Shown here piece after piece: positions 1 to 17,311 of a stretch of DNA of 64,000 nt. Numbering within the stretch: position 1 is the first letter of the stretch; every line of letters begins with the position of its first letter. Below the pieces are notes generated by a model. It was not told the origin of the DNA. It searched no databases and saw only the letters and a list, made by a program, of their open reading frames with translations. The translations under genes and the position numbers were made by a program. Source of the DNA: an uncultured Acidobacteriota bacterium (GTDB taxonomy: Bacteria; Acidobacteriota; Polarisedimenticolia; J045); contig CAVPCQ010000011.1 of assembly GCA_963702425.1 (NCBI GenBank), forward strand, positions 270,175 through 334,174, in the 5' to 3' direction.

Positions 1-722
1 GTGCGGTCGATCCGGAGCACGCCACGGGCGCGGCCGACCCGGCCCTGATCACCGCCCAGAAACCGCTCTCGCCGATCTCCGAGGCCTACCGCGAGCTGCG
101 CACCTCGGTCCTGCTGGCGACCGCCGGCCACCCGCCGCGCGACATCGCGGTCACCTCCTGCCAGCCGAGCGAGGGGAAGACGACGACCGCGATCAACCTC
201 GCGATCGCGCTGGCCCAGCTCGGCCGCCGCGTGCTGGTGGTCGACACCGACCTGCGCCGGCCACGCTGCCACATGGTCCTCAAGGCCTCGCCGTCGCGCG
301 GCGTCAGCACTTTCCTGACCGGGATGAGCGGCCTCGACGCGCTGGTCCAGCCCACGCCGGTCGAGCGCGTGGCGCTCGTCGCCGCCGGGCCGATCCCGCC
401 CAACCCCGCCGAGCTGCTGGACTCCGACCGCTTCCGCGAGATGGTCGCCCTGCTCCGCGCGCACGAGGAGTACGACCACATCATCTACGACTCGCCGCCG
501 GTCCTGTCGGTCGTCGACCCGCTGCTGATCGGCCGCCACACCGATGGCACGATCCTGGTCGTCAAATCGGGCTTCACGACGCGCGAGGCGGGTCGTCTCG
601 GCAAGGAGAAGCTGGAGTCGGGCCGGCTCAATGTGCTCGGGATCGTGCTCAACGCGGTCCAGACCGAGAACGTGCCTTACCAGTACCGCTACTACCGCTA
701 CGGCTACGCGCGGGACAACAAG
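1..722 (+). CDS. Wzc/CpsD-CapB family bacterial tyrosine kinase, C-terminal part (truncated at both ends)
   Basis: Frame 3 reads SPISEAYRELRTS, Walker A TSCQPSEGKTT, VVDTDLRRP, GPIPPNPAELL, IIYDSPP and the C-terminal Tyr cluster YQYRYYRYGY; no stop before the sequence switches to an unrelated gene at ~723. Confidence 0.92.
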
Positions 723-723
723 G

Positions 724-1782
724 ATGGACTCGATTGGGGGGCAGCTCGACGCGTTCACCTCGAAGGAGTACGCCGGCTACTACGTGAAGGTGCTCGACGA
801 GCACCTGCAGATCGCGGTGGACTTGTTGTCGGACCTGGTCAGCCGGCCGGCGTTCGCCGCCGACGACATCGAGCGCGAGAAGAAGGTGATCCTCGAAGAG
901 ATCAAGATGGTCGAGGACACCCCCGACGATCTGGTGCACGAGCTCTTCACGCAGAGCTTCTGGCAGGGACATCCGCTCGGGCGCCCGATCCTGGGCACCA
1001 GGGACACCATCGAGGCGTTCTCGCAGGCCCAGCTCCGGGACTACTTCGCGGGCGCGTACGTCGCGCCGAACTTCATCGTCACGGCCGCGGGCAACCTGGA
1101 GCACGCCGCGCTCCGCGAACTGGTCACCTCGTCCTTCGCGTCGGCGCCCCGTGCCGGCGCCTCGTACCGCGAGGACCCGCCGACGGCGACCCCCAACGTG
1201 TTGTCGCGCACGAAGGACCTCGAGCAGAGCCACCTGTGCGTCGGTGTCCACGCGTACCCGCAGGGACACGCGGATCGGTTCACCGCCTACGTGATGAACA
1301 CCATCCTGGGCGGATCGATGAGTTCGCGCCTGTTCCAGAACATCCGTGAGAAGCGGGGGTTGGCCTACTCGGTGTTCAGCGGTCTCAGCATGTACCGGGA
1401 TGCGGGCCTGGCCAGTGTCTATGCGGGGTGCGCCAACGAGAACGTGGCCGAGGTGCTCGACCTGGTCGTGGCGGAACTGCGCGGAATGACCGCAGACGCG
1501 GTGCCCGACGCCGAACTGCGCCGCGCCAAGGACCACCTGAAGGGCAACCTGATGCTCAGCCTCGAGAGCACCTCGAGCCGCATGACGCATCTGGCCAGGC
1601 AGGACTTCTACTTCGATCGGTTCTACACGCTGGATGAGACGCTGGCCAGCATCGAGGCGGTCACGGGGGCGGACGTCCTCCGGGTCGCCCGCGACCTCTT
1701 CAGCGACGGCGCGCTTTCCGCGACGGTGCTTGGCGGCGGGGCGGATGCGGGGATCGATGGGCAGCGCCTGCGGCTGTCGTGA
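724..1782 (+). CDS. M16 (pitrilysin/insulinase) family zinc peptidase, 5'-truncated
   Basis: DSIGGQLDAFTSKE, EREKKVILEEI, HPLGRPILG, LGGSMSSRLFQNIREKRGLAYSV; the N-terminal HxxEH region is missing. Confidence 0.9.
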   Translation: MDSIGGQLDAFTSKEYAGYYVKVLDEHLQIAVDLLSDLVSRPAFAADDIEREKKVILEEIKMVEDTPDDLVHELFTQSFWQGHPLGRPILGTRDTIEAFSQAQLRDYFAGAYVAPNFIVTAAGNLEHAALRELVTSSFASAPRAGASYREDPPTATPNVLSRTKDLEQSHLCVGVHAYPQGHADRFTAYVMNTILGGSMSSRLFQNIREKRGLAYSVFSGLSMYRDAGLASVYAGCANENVAEVLDLVVAELRGMTADAVPDAELRRAKDHLKGNLMLSLESTSSRMTHLARQDFYFDRFYTLDETLASIEAVTGADVLRVARDLFSDGALSATVLGGGADAGIDGQRLRLS

Positions 1783-1857
1783 GGCGGCGCATGCCGTGCG
1801 GCTGGCCGGGCGGTCGACACCCTCGGCCGCCCAGCCGCGGATGAAGGCAGGACCGTC

Positions 1858-3182
1858 ATGATTCGACGCTACACGCACCCGGAGATGGGGCGGATCTGGA
1901 GCGAGGAACGCCGCTTCGAGACCTGGCTGCGCGTGGAGATCGCCGCCGCGGACGCCATGGCCGAGGCCGGCATCGTTCCCGAGGCCGCCGCGCGGGACAT
2001 CCGCGAGCGCGGGGCGTTCGACATCGCCCGCATCGACGAGATCGAGCAGACCACCCAGCACGACCTCATCGCCTTCACGACCGCCGTTTCGGAGCACGTC
2101 GGGCCGTCTGCCCGATGGCTGCACTTCGGCCTGACCTCGTCGGACGTCGTCGACACCGCGCTGGCGCTGCAGATGGTCGAGGCCTGCGACCTGGTCCTGC
2201 GGAACCTCGAGGTGCTCGCGGAGACGATCTCAGCGCCGGGCCCTCGAGCACCGCGCGACGCCGATGATCGGCCGCACCCACGGCGTGCACGCCGAGCCGA
2301 TGACCTTCGGGCTGAAGCTCGCGCTGTGGTACGCCGAGCTCAGCGCGGCATCGAGCGGATGACGGCGCGCGCGCGAGACGGTCCGCGTGGGCAAGTTCTC
2401 GGGCGCGGTCGGCACGTTCGCCCACCTCGACCCCGCCATCGAGGCCCGCGTCTGCGGCGCCTCGGCCTCGCGCCCGCGCCCGGTCTCCTCGCAGGTGATC
2501 CAGCGTGATCGCCACGCCGAGCTCCTGTGCGCGCTCGCCATCGCCGCGGCCTCGCTCGAGAAGTTCGCGCTCGAAGTGCGGGGCCTGCAGAAGACCGAGA
2601 TCGGAGAGGTCGAGGAGCCCTTCGCCAAAGGCCAGAAGGGGTCCTCGGCCATGCCGCACAAGCGCAATCCGATCGGGTGCGAGCAGGTGTGCGGTCTCGC
2701 GCGCCTCGTTCGGGCGAACGCGCATGGCGGCGATCGAGAACGTGGCGCTCTGGCACGAGCGTGACATCTCGCACTCGTCGGTGGAGCGGGTGATCCTGCC
2801 CGACAGCTTCCTCGCGCTCGATCACATGCTGCGCCGCTTCACCCGCATCGTGGATGGCCTGGTGGTCTACCCGGACCGCATGCGGGAGAACCTCGACCGA
2901 TCCCGCGGTGTCGTGTTCTCTGGCACCGTGCTGCTCGAACTGGCCCGCCGTGGGGTTTCGCGGGAGCAGGCCTACGCCTGGGTGCAGCGCAATGCGATGC
3001 GCAGCCACCACGAGGCGAAGGACTTCAGGGCGCTGCTGCTGGAGGACGAGGACATCACGCGGGTGCTGTCGCCGCAGGAGATCGACAGGGCCTTCGACCT
3101 GCGAGACCAGCTCAGGAACGTCGACCGCGTGTTCGACCGCGTGTTCCAGTCACAGGCCGAGTCCACGGAAGTGGCGAGGTAG
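1858..3182 (+). CDS. purB: adenylosuccinate lyase (frameshifted in this read)
   Basis: [57 protein letters not shown] spread over three frames. Confidence 0.95.
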
Positions 3183-3235
3183 GCTTCCGCGGCCCGGGAC
3201 GACCCGGGGCGGACACCAGGGCACGGAGAGCAGGC

Positions 3236-3465
3236 ATGGCGCAGCCCGCAAGGAACAACCTCTCGGTGATCGGCCGCTCGTTGATGATCTCGGCGGCGAC
3301 GATGTTCCTCCTGGCGTTCCTGATCGGGCGCGGCACCCTGGCCATCGATGACACCGCGCGCCCGATGGTGTCGGGGGGCTCGTTGTCGTCGGTGCGCTGG
3401 ACATCGCCATCGGCGCATTTTTCATGCGCAAGGGGCGGACGGGGGAAACCACCCACCGGTCCTGA
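3236..3465 (+). CDS. small two-TM hypothetical membrane protein (one frameshift in the G run near 3373)
   Basis: RBS-like GGAGAG/CAGG before ATG 3236; hydrophobic LMISAATMFLLAFLIG, then after a shift LVVVGALDIAIGAFF; TGA at 3463-3465. Confidence 0.5.
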
Positions 3466-3488
3466 AGGGGCCGGTTGTGAGAGCACGC

Positions 3489-5011
3489 ATGTTCGACAAG
3501 CTACACGAGGAGTGCGGCGTCTTCGGCATCTTCGGACACCCCGAGGCGGCCAACCTCGCCTACCTCGGGATCTACGCCCTGCAGCACCGTGGCCAGGAGA
3601 GCGCCGGGATCGCGCCGCCGACGGCGGCCAGGATCCGGATGCAACGCGGGATGGGATACGTCGCGGACGTGTTCGACGAGAACGTCCTCGCCACCTTGCC
3701 CGGCCATGCCGCCATCGGGCACGTCCGGTACTCCACCGCGGGCGACAGCGATCACATGAACGCGCAGCCGTTGCTGATCGACTGCGCGCACGGGCAGATC
3801 GCGGTCTGCCACAACGGGAATCTGGTCAACGCGGGTGAACTGCGCGACGAGCTGGTGCGGCAAGGCTCGATCTTCCAGACCACGAGCGACACCGAAGTCA
3901 TCCTGCATCTCTACGCCAAGTCCCAGGCGCGGCCGGCGGAGCAGGCCATCATGGAGTCGCTCCTGCAGGTCACGGGCGCCTACTCGCTGGTCGTGCTCAC
4001 GGGCGATCGCCTGATCGCGGCGCGCGACCCGCACGGGTTCCGGCCCCTGGCCCTCGGACGTCTCGGGAACGGCTACATCGTCTGTTCCGAGACGTGCGCG
4101 ATGGACCTCATCGGGGCGACCTACGAGCGCGACGTGCAGCCCGGCGAGGTCATCGTGATCACGGAGCAGGGTGTGCGCAGCTACACGCCCGGGCCCCCGC
4201 AGCCGCTGGCGCACTGCGTGTTCGAGCACGTCTACTTCTCGAGGCCCGACAGCGTCGTGTTCGGCCGCAGCGTCAACGAAGTCCGGACGGCCTTCGGCCG
4301 CCAGCTCGCGCGCGAGTCCGCGGTCCCAGCCGACGTGGTCGTGCCCGTGCCCGACAGCGGGGTGTGCGCGGCTCTCGGGTACTCCGAAGAGGCCGGATGT
4401 CCCGTTCCGCATGGGGCTGATCAGGAATCACTACGTCGGGCCGCACGTTCATCGAGCCCCAGCAGTCCATCCGGCACTTCGGCGTGCGCGTGAAGCTCAA
4501 CCCCGTACGGGGGCTGCTGAACGGGAAGCGCGTCGTCATGATGGACGACTCCATCGTTCGCGGAACCACCTCCCGAAAGATCGTGAAGATGGTGCGGGCC
4601 GCCGGCGCGTCGGAGGTCCACGTGCGCATCAGCTGCCCGCCCACGATCTCGCCGTGCTTCTACGGCGTGGACACCCCCCGCCGGAGTGACTTGATCGCGG
4701 CGACCCATACGCTCGACGAGGTGCGGAAATACCTCGGCGCCGACACGCTGGCGTACCTCAGCCTCGAGGGCATGCTCGCGGGCGTCGGCGACGCGCGCGC
4801 GGCCTACTGCACGTCGTGCTACACCGGCCACTACCCGGTCGCGTTCCCGCGGGATCGCGAGCAGTACCTGCAACTCGCCCTGAAACTCCACCAGCCCAAC
4901 GGTCAGAAGGCTGCGGACACATCCGACGTGCAGCCGGACGCGGTCGCGCCCGCGGCGGCAGCCATAGCCTTTCGGCGCCCGCGGTTGCCTCGGGGCGCTC
5001 AATGCGAGTGA
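3489..5011 (+). CDS. purF: amidophosphoribosyltransferase (frameshifted near 4400-4445)
   Basis: Propeptide [43 protein letters not shown] motif [19 protein letters not shown]. Confidence 0.95.
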
Positions 5012-5015
5012 CGGA

Positions 5016-5056
5016 CTTGTCCTGAGCGAAGGCAGCGAAGGAGCCGAGTCGAAGGA
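5016..5056 (+). repeat. short REP-like element TTGTCCTGAGCGAAGG...GTCGAAGGA overlapping the purM RBS
   Basis: Resembles the widespread GTCCTGAGC...GTCGAAGG dispersed repeat type; only one copy in the window. Confidence 0.4.
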
Positions 5057-6095
5057 TGGACTACAAGTCGAGCGGCGTGGACATCGAAGCGGGCAACGAG
5101 GTCGTCCGCCGGATCAGGAGTCTCGCCCGGGGGACGTTCACGGCCGGCGTGCGTTCGGAGATCGGGAGCTTCGGCGGGGTGTTCGATCTCGAGCCGAGTG
5201 GCGGCGGGCCCGCGCTGGTCGCGAGCGCCGATGGTGTCGGCACGAAGCTGAAGGTCGCGTTCCTGGCCAACCGGCACGACACCGTGGGCGCCGATCTCGT
5301 GAACCACTGCGTCAACGACATCGTGGTCCAGGGTGCCCGGCCGCTGTTCTTCCTCGACTACCTCGCGACCGGCCGGCTCTCGCCGGACGTGGCGGTCGCC
5401 GTGGTCCAGGGCATGGCCCGGGCGTGCCGCGAAAACGGGTGCGCGTTGCTCGGGGGTGAGACCGCCGAGATGCCCGGCTTCTACGCCGACGGCGAATACG
5501 ACCTGGCGGGCTTCATCGTCGGGCGCGTCGATCGGGCGCGCGTGATCGATGGCCGCGACATCACGCCGGGCGATGTGTTCCTCGGGCTTGCCTTCGACCG
5601 GGCTGCACACGAACGGCTACTCACTGGCGCGGCGGATCGTGTTCGACAGGCTCGGGCTGTCGGTCGACGCGGTGATTCCCCCGCTGGGGTGCTCGGTGGC
5701 GGATGCCCTGCTGGCCACGCACCGGACGTACCTGCCAGCGGTCTGGCCGTTGATCGAAGGCGATGCGGGCACCCCGCTCGCCAAGGGGATGGCCCACATC
5801 ACCGGAGGCGGGATCACGGAGAACCTCCCGCGCATCCTGCCGGAGGAACGTACGCGCCTGCATCTCGCTGTCGTCGTGGCCGGTTCCGCCGTTGTTCGAG
5901 TTCCTGCGCCAGGGCGGAGACGTGCCTGAGGACGACATGCTGCGGACCTTCAACATGGGGATTGGGATGATCGTCGCGGTGGCGCGCCACGACGTGGCCC
6001 GCGTGACCGACGTGTTGACGGCCGCCGGCGAGCGGCAGGTGTTCGTCATCGGCGAGGCGAAGGCCGGACGCCGCGAGGTGGAGTATGTCGCCTGA
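5056..6095 (+). CDS. purM: phosphoribosylformylglycinamidine cyclo-ligase (frameshifted)
   Basis: [50 protein letters not shown]. Confidence 0.95.
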
Positions 6096-6786
6096 GGCGG
6101 CGGTGGTGGCGCCCAGCGGGTCCGCGCGACGAGTGGGCATCCTCATCTCTGGCCGAGGCAGCAACCTGCAGGCCATCATCGACGCCGTGGCAGCGGGTGA
6201 ACTGGACGCGACGATCGCGCTGGTGATCTCCAACATCGCCGATGCGGGCGGCCTCGGCCTCGCACGGCGTGCGGGCATCCCCACGCTGGCGCTCGATCAC
6301 CGCGAGTTCCCGACGCGCGCGGCGTTCGACGCGGCGCTCGTGGCCGCCCTCCGCGCGCACGACGTCAACCTCGTCTGCCTCGCCGGCTTCATGCGCCTGC
6401 TCGGACAGGCCTTCATCGACGCGTTTCCTCACGCCATCCTGAACATCCATCCCTCGCTGCTCCCGGCCTTCCCTGGACTGCACGCGCAGCGCCAGGCCCT
6501 GCGGCACGGCGTGAAGGTGAGCGGGGCCACCGTGCATCTCGTGGACGCCGAGCTGGATGCGGGGCCCATCGTGCTGCAGGCGGCGGTCCCGGTACGCGAT
6601 GACGACTCCGAGGACTCCCTCTCGGCGCGGATTCTGGTCGAGGAGCACCAGATTTACCCGAAGGCCATCGCGCTCGTGCTGCAGGCCGGATGGCGGGTCG
6701 AGGGACGGCGATTCCTCCCTGCCGTGCCGGGCGGCGCTATTCCGGCGCCGCCGGAAGGGCCTCGTGGGGGGCTCGGCGGAGCGTGA
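6085..6786 (+). CDS. purN: phosphoribosylglycinamide formyltransferase
   Basis: ISGRGSNLQA, LAGFMRLL, NIHPSLLP, SGATVH, LDAGPI, EEHQIYP. Confidence 0.95.
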   Translation: MSPEAAVVAPSGSARRVGILISGRGSNLQAIIDAVAAGELDATIALVISNIADAGGLGLARRAGIPTLALDHREFPTRAAFDAALVAALRAHDVNLVCLAGFMRLLGQAFIDAFPHAILNIHPSLLPAFPGLHAQRQALRHGVKVSGATVHLVDAELDAGPIVLQAAVPVRDDDSEDSLSARILVEEHQIYPKAIALVLQAGWRVEGRRFLPAVPGGAIPAPPEGPRGGLGGA

Positions 6787-7594
6787 CCAGCACCACCTCG
6801 GGCGGGCACCTGTAACGCACCGGGAGGTACACCGTCCCGACCCCACGGCTGACGAACAACTGCGTCCCATCCTGGGACACGAGCCCGGAGGCGGCCGGGA
6901 ACTTCCGGGCGGCCACTGCGCCGAGCCCGGGCAGGACCACCTGCCCACCATGGGTGTGTCCCGCCAACACCAGAGGGAATCCGAGGGCCACGGCCTCGCG
7001 CAGGCGCCGCGGATCGTGCGCGAGCAGCAGGCGCGCGGGCTGCGTTCGATCGACCAGTGGCGCGATCTCGTCCAGGCGGCGCGTCCAGTACCTCACGCCG
7101 ACGAGGTCGAGGGCCTGCCCGGACACGGTGAGCCTGGTGCGATCGTCCTTCAAGACCTGGATCCCAGCGCGAGTGAGCGCCGCCGGCACGAAGCGGTCGT
7201 CGTCGTGGTTGCCGAGCACGGCGAACACGCCATGTGGGGCGCGAAGCCTGGCCAGAGACTCGGCGACGGAATCGACGTAGGTCCGTTCGGCGAACGAGAC
7301 GTAGTCGCCGCCGAGGACAACCAGGTCGGGCCGAAGCGACAGCATGGACTCGACCGCACGATCGACAAGCGCGCGCGAGACCGTACTGCTGCGGTGGATG
7401 TCGGTGAGGAAGCCGACCGTCAGGCCGTCCAGCGCGAGCGGCCAGTCGCCAAGTCCGACCGGCTGTCGCGTGATTCCGAGGTCTGACTGCTCGTGGATCA
7501 CCGTATCGGCATTGAGGCCCGTCAGCGTGCCCACAACGACGGCCGTCGCGAGTTCGAGCACTCGTCGGCGCGACGGGTCGTGGGCAACGGCCAT
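6737..7594 (-). CDS. metallophosphoesterase (YkuE/YaeI-like), possible twin-arginine leader
   Basis: TDIH, GGDY, GNHD, LAHDP, GHTHGGQ, VSRGVG, CPPE; N-terminal SRRRVL; 3' end overlaps purN by about 50 bp. Confidence 0.88.
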   Translation of the reverse strand: MAVAHDPSRRRVLELATAVVVGTLTGLNADTVIHEQSDLGITRQPVGLGDWPLALDGLTVGFLTDIHRSSTVSRALVDRAVESMLSLRPDLVVLGGDYVSFAERTYVDSVAESLARLRAPHGVFAVLGNHDDDRFVPAALTRAGIQVLKDDRTRLTVSGQALDLVGVRYWTRRLDEIAPLVDRTQPARLLLAHDPRRLREAVALGFPLVLAGHTHGGQVVLPGLGAVAARKFPAASGLVSQDGTQLFVSRGVGTVYLPVRYRCPPEVVLVTLRRAPHEALPAAPE

Positions 7595-7956
7595 GTCCGC
7601 ATCGTATACCGCCGCCCCCCCGGCGGGCCGGGCGCACTCGCCGATTCTTGCTCCCGAGCGGGTGACGCCGCGGCGGATGCCCGCGGGGCGTGAGCGCGGA
7701 GGGCCGCAGGCGGGAGCGCGCAGGGTGATTCCGGGCGGCCGCCGCCCGGCGCGGCGCCGACGCGGCGGCAGGACCCGCCCGTCGGGGGGGCCACGCCGCG
7801 ACAACTGGTCGTGCACTCCGGCAGGCCCCTGAACGTGTGTTCCGCGCGCAGGGCGGCTATGCTGTTCTGCCCGGGGAAGCGTGCGCGCCGGTCGGGGACC
7901 GGCGAGGTCCCTCGCCTTCCCGCGACAACGTGCAGGACGCGAAGGAGCAACGGATC

Positions 7957-9240
7957 GTGAGCGTGACGAGCGTGTTCGACGAGTTCAACTGGCGTGGGAT
8001 GGTGTACGAGGCCACGGAGGGCCTGGCGGAGGTGCTGGCCACGCAGTCCCTCACCTGCTACATCGGGTTCGACCCCACGGCGTCGAGTCTCCACGTCGGG
8101 TCGTTGTTGCCGATCATGGCGCTCGCGCGGATGCAGCGTGCCGGGCATCGCCCCATTGCCATCGTGGGGGGCGGTACCGGGCTGATCGGCGATCCCAGCG
8201 GCAAGACGCTGGAGCGGCAACTGCAGACCCGCGAGCAGGTGGCCGCCAATCTCGTCGGCATCCGCGAACAGTTGTCCCGCTTCCTCGACTTCGATCGCGC
8301 AACGAATGCCGCCCAGATCGTGGACAACGCCGACTGGCTCGCGACGATCGACTTGATGTCCTTCCTTCGCGACGTCGGCAAGCACTTCACCGTCAATTAC
8401 ATGCTGGCGAAGGAATCCGTTCGGCGGCGCCTCGAGGCCGAGGAGGGCATCTCCTACACCGAGTTCAGCTACCTTCTGCTCCAGTCCTACGACTTCCTCG
8501 TGCTGAACGAGCGCTACGGGTGCACCCTGCAGTTGGGCGGCAGCGACCAGTGGGGCAACATCACCGCCGGGTGCGACCTCATCAGGAAGCTGCGGGGCAT
8601 GCGCGCGCACGGGCTCGTCATGCCGCTGGTCACGACCGCCGCCGGGGTGAAGTTCGGAAAGACCGAAGCCGGCACGGTGTGGTTGGACGCGGCCAGGACC
8701 TCACCCTTCCGCTTCTACCAGTTCTGGCTCAATGCCGACGATCGGGACGTGCCAACCTACCTGAAGTACTTCACGTTCCTCTCGAAAGGCGACGTCGCGT
8801 CCGTGGAAGAGGAGATGGCACGCGCGCCGGAGCGCCGCGAAGCCCAGCGCGTGCTGGCGCGGACCGTGACGACGCTCGTGCACGGCGACGGCGCGGTCCA
8901 GCGTGCCGAGCGCGCGTCGCAATTGCTGTTCGGTGAGGGCATCTCGGAGCTCAGCGCGGACGAGGTGCTGGATGTCTTCGACGATGTGCCGTCGACGGAC
9001 TGGCCAGTCGACGCGTTCCAGGGAGACGGTGTTGGCATTGCAGACGTGCTGGTGAAGACCGCGCTTGCGCCGTCCAAGAGCGAGGCGATGCGGCTCGTGA
9101 AGGGGGGCGGGGTCTCGGTGAACAACCGCCGCGTGTCGCAGGAACGCGAGCGATTGACGCAAGCGATGGCCATTGGCGGGCGCGTGTTCGTCGTCCGGAG
9201 AGGCGCGCGGCAGCAGCACCTGGTGCGGCTGATCGGCTAA
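7957..9240 (+). CDS. tyrS: tyrosine--tRNA ligase
   Basis: YIGFDPTASSLHVGS, GGSDQWGNI, KFGKT, C-terminal S4 domain; AAGGAG RBS at 7942-7947. Confidence 0.97.
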   Translation: MSVTSVFDEFNWRGMVYEATEGLAEVLATQSLTCYIGFDPTASSLHVGSLLPIMALARMQRAGHRPIAIVGGGTGLIGDPSGKTLERQLQTREQVAANLVGIREQLSRFLDFDRATNAAQIVDNADWLATIDLMSFLRDVGKHFTVNYMLAKESVRRRLEAEEGISYTEFSYLLLQSYDFLVLNERYGCTLQLGGSDQWGNITAGCDLIRKLRGMRAHGLVMPLVTTAAGVKFGKTEAGTVWLDAARTSPFRFYQFWLNADDRDVPTYLKYFTFLSKGDVASVEEEMARAPERREAQRVLARTVTTLVHGDGAVQRAERASQLLFGEGISELSADEVLDVFDDVPSTDWPVDAFQGDGVGIADVLVKTALAPSKSEAMRLVKGGGVSVNNRRVSQERERLTQAMAIGGRVFVVRRGARQQHLVRLIG

Positions 9241-9331
9241 GTGCTTGATTCAATTGAAATTGACGCACGCAGGGCCCCGGCGGGCCCAGGAAGAGAAGAT
9301 CGCCGCCGATCGTTTAGTGATCGTTTAGGGG

Positions 9332-9360
9332 TTGACAGCTTCCGCGGGCCCGCGTATAAC
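9332..9360 (+). promoter_or_regulatory. rrn P1 sigma70 promoter
   Basis: TTGACA (9332-9337), 17-bp spacer, TATAAC (9355-9360). Confidence 0.8.
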
Positions 9361-9540
9361 TACAAATCCGCGCCGGCCACGGGGTCTTCCACAGGCCGGC
9401 GCTGACCGAGGCAGTCGCTGCCCTGGTCGTCTGACGCACTCAGTCGCGTCAACAACCCTAGCCGAGACACACGGGAACTTCCCACGGGTCGGCAAGGCGT
9501 CGCCTAGCGAAAGAAATTTCGCTGGCGATGAAAAAAGCGG

Positions 9541-9569
9541 TTGACACGGGTGAGGGTCGAAGATAGGAT
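9541..9569 (+). promoter_or_regulatory. rrn P2 sigma70 promoter
   Basis: TTGACA (9541-9546), 17-bp spacer, TAGGAT (9564-9569), preceded by an A tract. Confidence 0.75.
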
Positions 9570-9607
9570 TGAAAGCCCGCTGAAGAGCGGGAACGGCGTC
9601 CCGAGAG

Positions 9608-9650
9608 GCCGCCGGTTCTTTGAAAACTAGATAGAACGCACGCACAACCC
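9608..9650 (+). promoter_or_regulatory. boxA-like antitermination site and 5' arm of the 16S processing stem
   Basis: GGTTCTTTGAAAACTAGATAGAACGC is complementary to GCGTTCTATCTAGTTTTGAGGGAACC at ~11445-11470. Confidence 0.75.
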
Positions 9651-9803
9651 GTCGAGTGTCAGCCGGGCGCGCGCAGCCCCGCAAGGGGCTGGACGGCGTC
9701 CACTACACAAGACAACCGACAACGCAATACGGAGCCAATTTTGGCTCTCGCGTTGGGGAAATTGCTCGATCTGGCCCGCAAGGGCTGGAGAGGGCGACCA
9801 ACT

Positions 9804-11359
<1,556 letters not shown>

Positions 11360-11506
11360 GAGATTGGCCGGCCGCGCGGCCCGCAAGGGCGCGCGGTGGC
11401 CGAGCGAACTCGAGATCGATCTGGCACTCAGGGGTGTGCGATACGCGTTCTATCTAGTTTTGAGGGAACCGGCCCCGGATCGGGTGGCGGTTCTTTGACA
11501 GGGCTT

Positions 11507-11584
<78 letters not shown>

Positions 11585-11634
11585 GCGTTCAGGCTGAGAG
11601 ACGAGCCTTCCGCGGCCAACGAGGATGTTCGTTC

Positions 11635-11710
11635 GGGGAATTAGCTCAGCTGGGAGAGCGCCTGGTTTGCAACCAGGAGGTCACCGGTTCGAGCCCGGTA
11701 TTCTCCACCA
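11635..11710 (+). tRNA. tRNA-Ala(TGC)
   Basis: GGGGAAT...ATTCTCC-ACCA with G3:U70, anticodon loop TTTGCAA. Confidence 0.97.
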
Positions 11711-11921
11711 GCTTCGCTCGCGGCGCTGCGACGCAGCTCGGCCGGCGGCAAGGGGGGCTGTGACGAAGCTGGCAATACTCGGCTGCGAAGCACCGTAGTT
11801 GCTCGCGAACGCTGACGTTCTTTGACAACTGAATATCCTGCAAACGGTAGTTCTGACTCACACACGCGAAGTGCGTGCGATCGCGGGCGGCTTCGGCCGC
11901 GTGCGCGAGTTCCAGGTTTAT

Positions 11922-14917
<2,996 letters not shown>

Positions 14918-15159
14918 TAAACCTCATCAGCACGAATCGCTGCGTGCGTCGCCAGATCGAGCTACCGTTTGCAGGGTATTCAGTTGTCACGCTCTTTGAC
15001 ATCAAGATTGCGACGACGGCCTCATGCGCGACGGAATATGTCGCCCCCAGAGGTAATCGCGGCCGGGAGCACCCGGCCTTCGGTCAGATCAGGTTCGCTT
15101 GGCTGACCGATCGCGAGCATCCTTCCCCGCCAGCTTCGCGGTGCGGCGCGGGAGCCACC

Positions 15160-15278
<119 letters not shown>

Positions 15279-15286
15279 GTGAATCC

Positions 15287-15328
15287 AGCAAAGGCCCGAC
15301 GCCGAAAGGCGCCGGGCCTTTTGCTTTG
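15287..15328 (+). terminator. intrinsic terminator of the rRNA operon
   Basis: AGCAAAGGCCCGACGCC-GAAA-GGCGCCGGGCCTTTTGCTTT hairpin with U tail. Confidence 0.85.
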
Positions 15329-15505
15329 TGTGCGCCGTACCCCCGCCGCCGGACCCCGTCCGTAGTCGCGTCGCGCGCGCAAACAGCGCCGTCGCTGCAT
15401 GTAAGCGCTTGACAATCCGCGCGCGTACGGCAAGATTCCCCGACTCGGGTCCGGGGACTCCTCCCCGCCGTCCCTCTCCCAATCGCGCACGGATTCAGGA
15501 GAACA

Positions 15506-17311
<1,806 letters not shown>

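Noticed and set aside
231-1349. Kinase with a long novel C-terminal extension, or a kinase-peptidase fusion
   Set aside because: It is read-through across a sequence junction into an off-frame peptidase gene.
1858-6095. Programmed frameshifting or pseudogenisation of the pur operon
   Set aside because: Indels are scattered through unrelated genes without slippery motifs, which fits sequencing error.
7600-7956. Possible T-box leader upstream of tyrS
   Set aside because: No GGTGGNACCGCG T-box motif or terminator/antiterminator was found; the DNA is simply very GC-rich.
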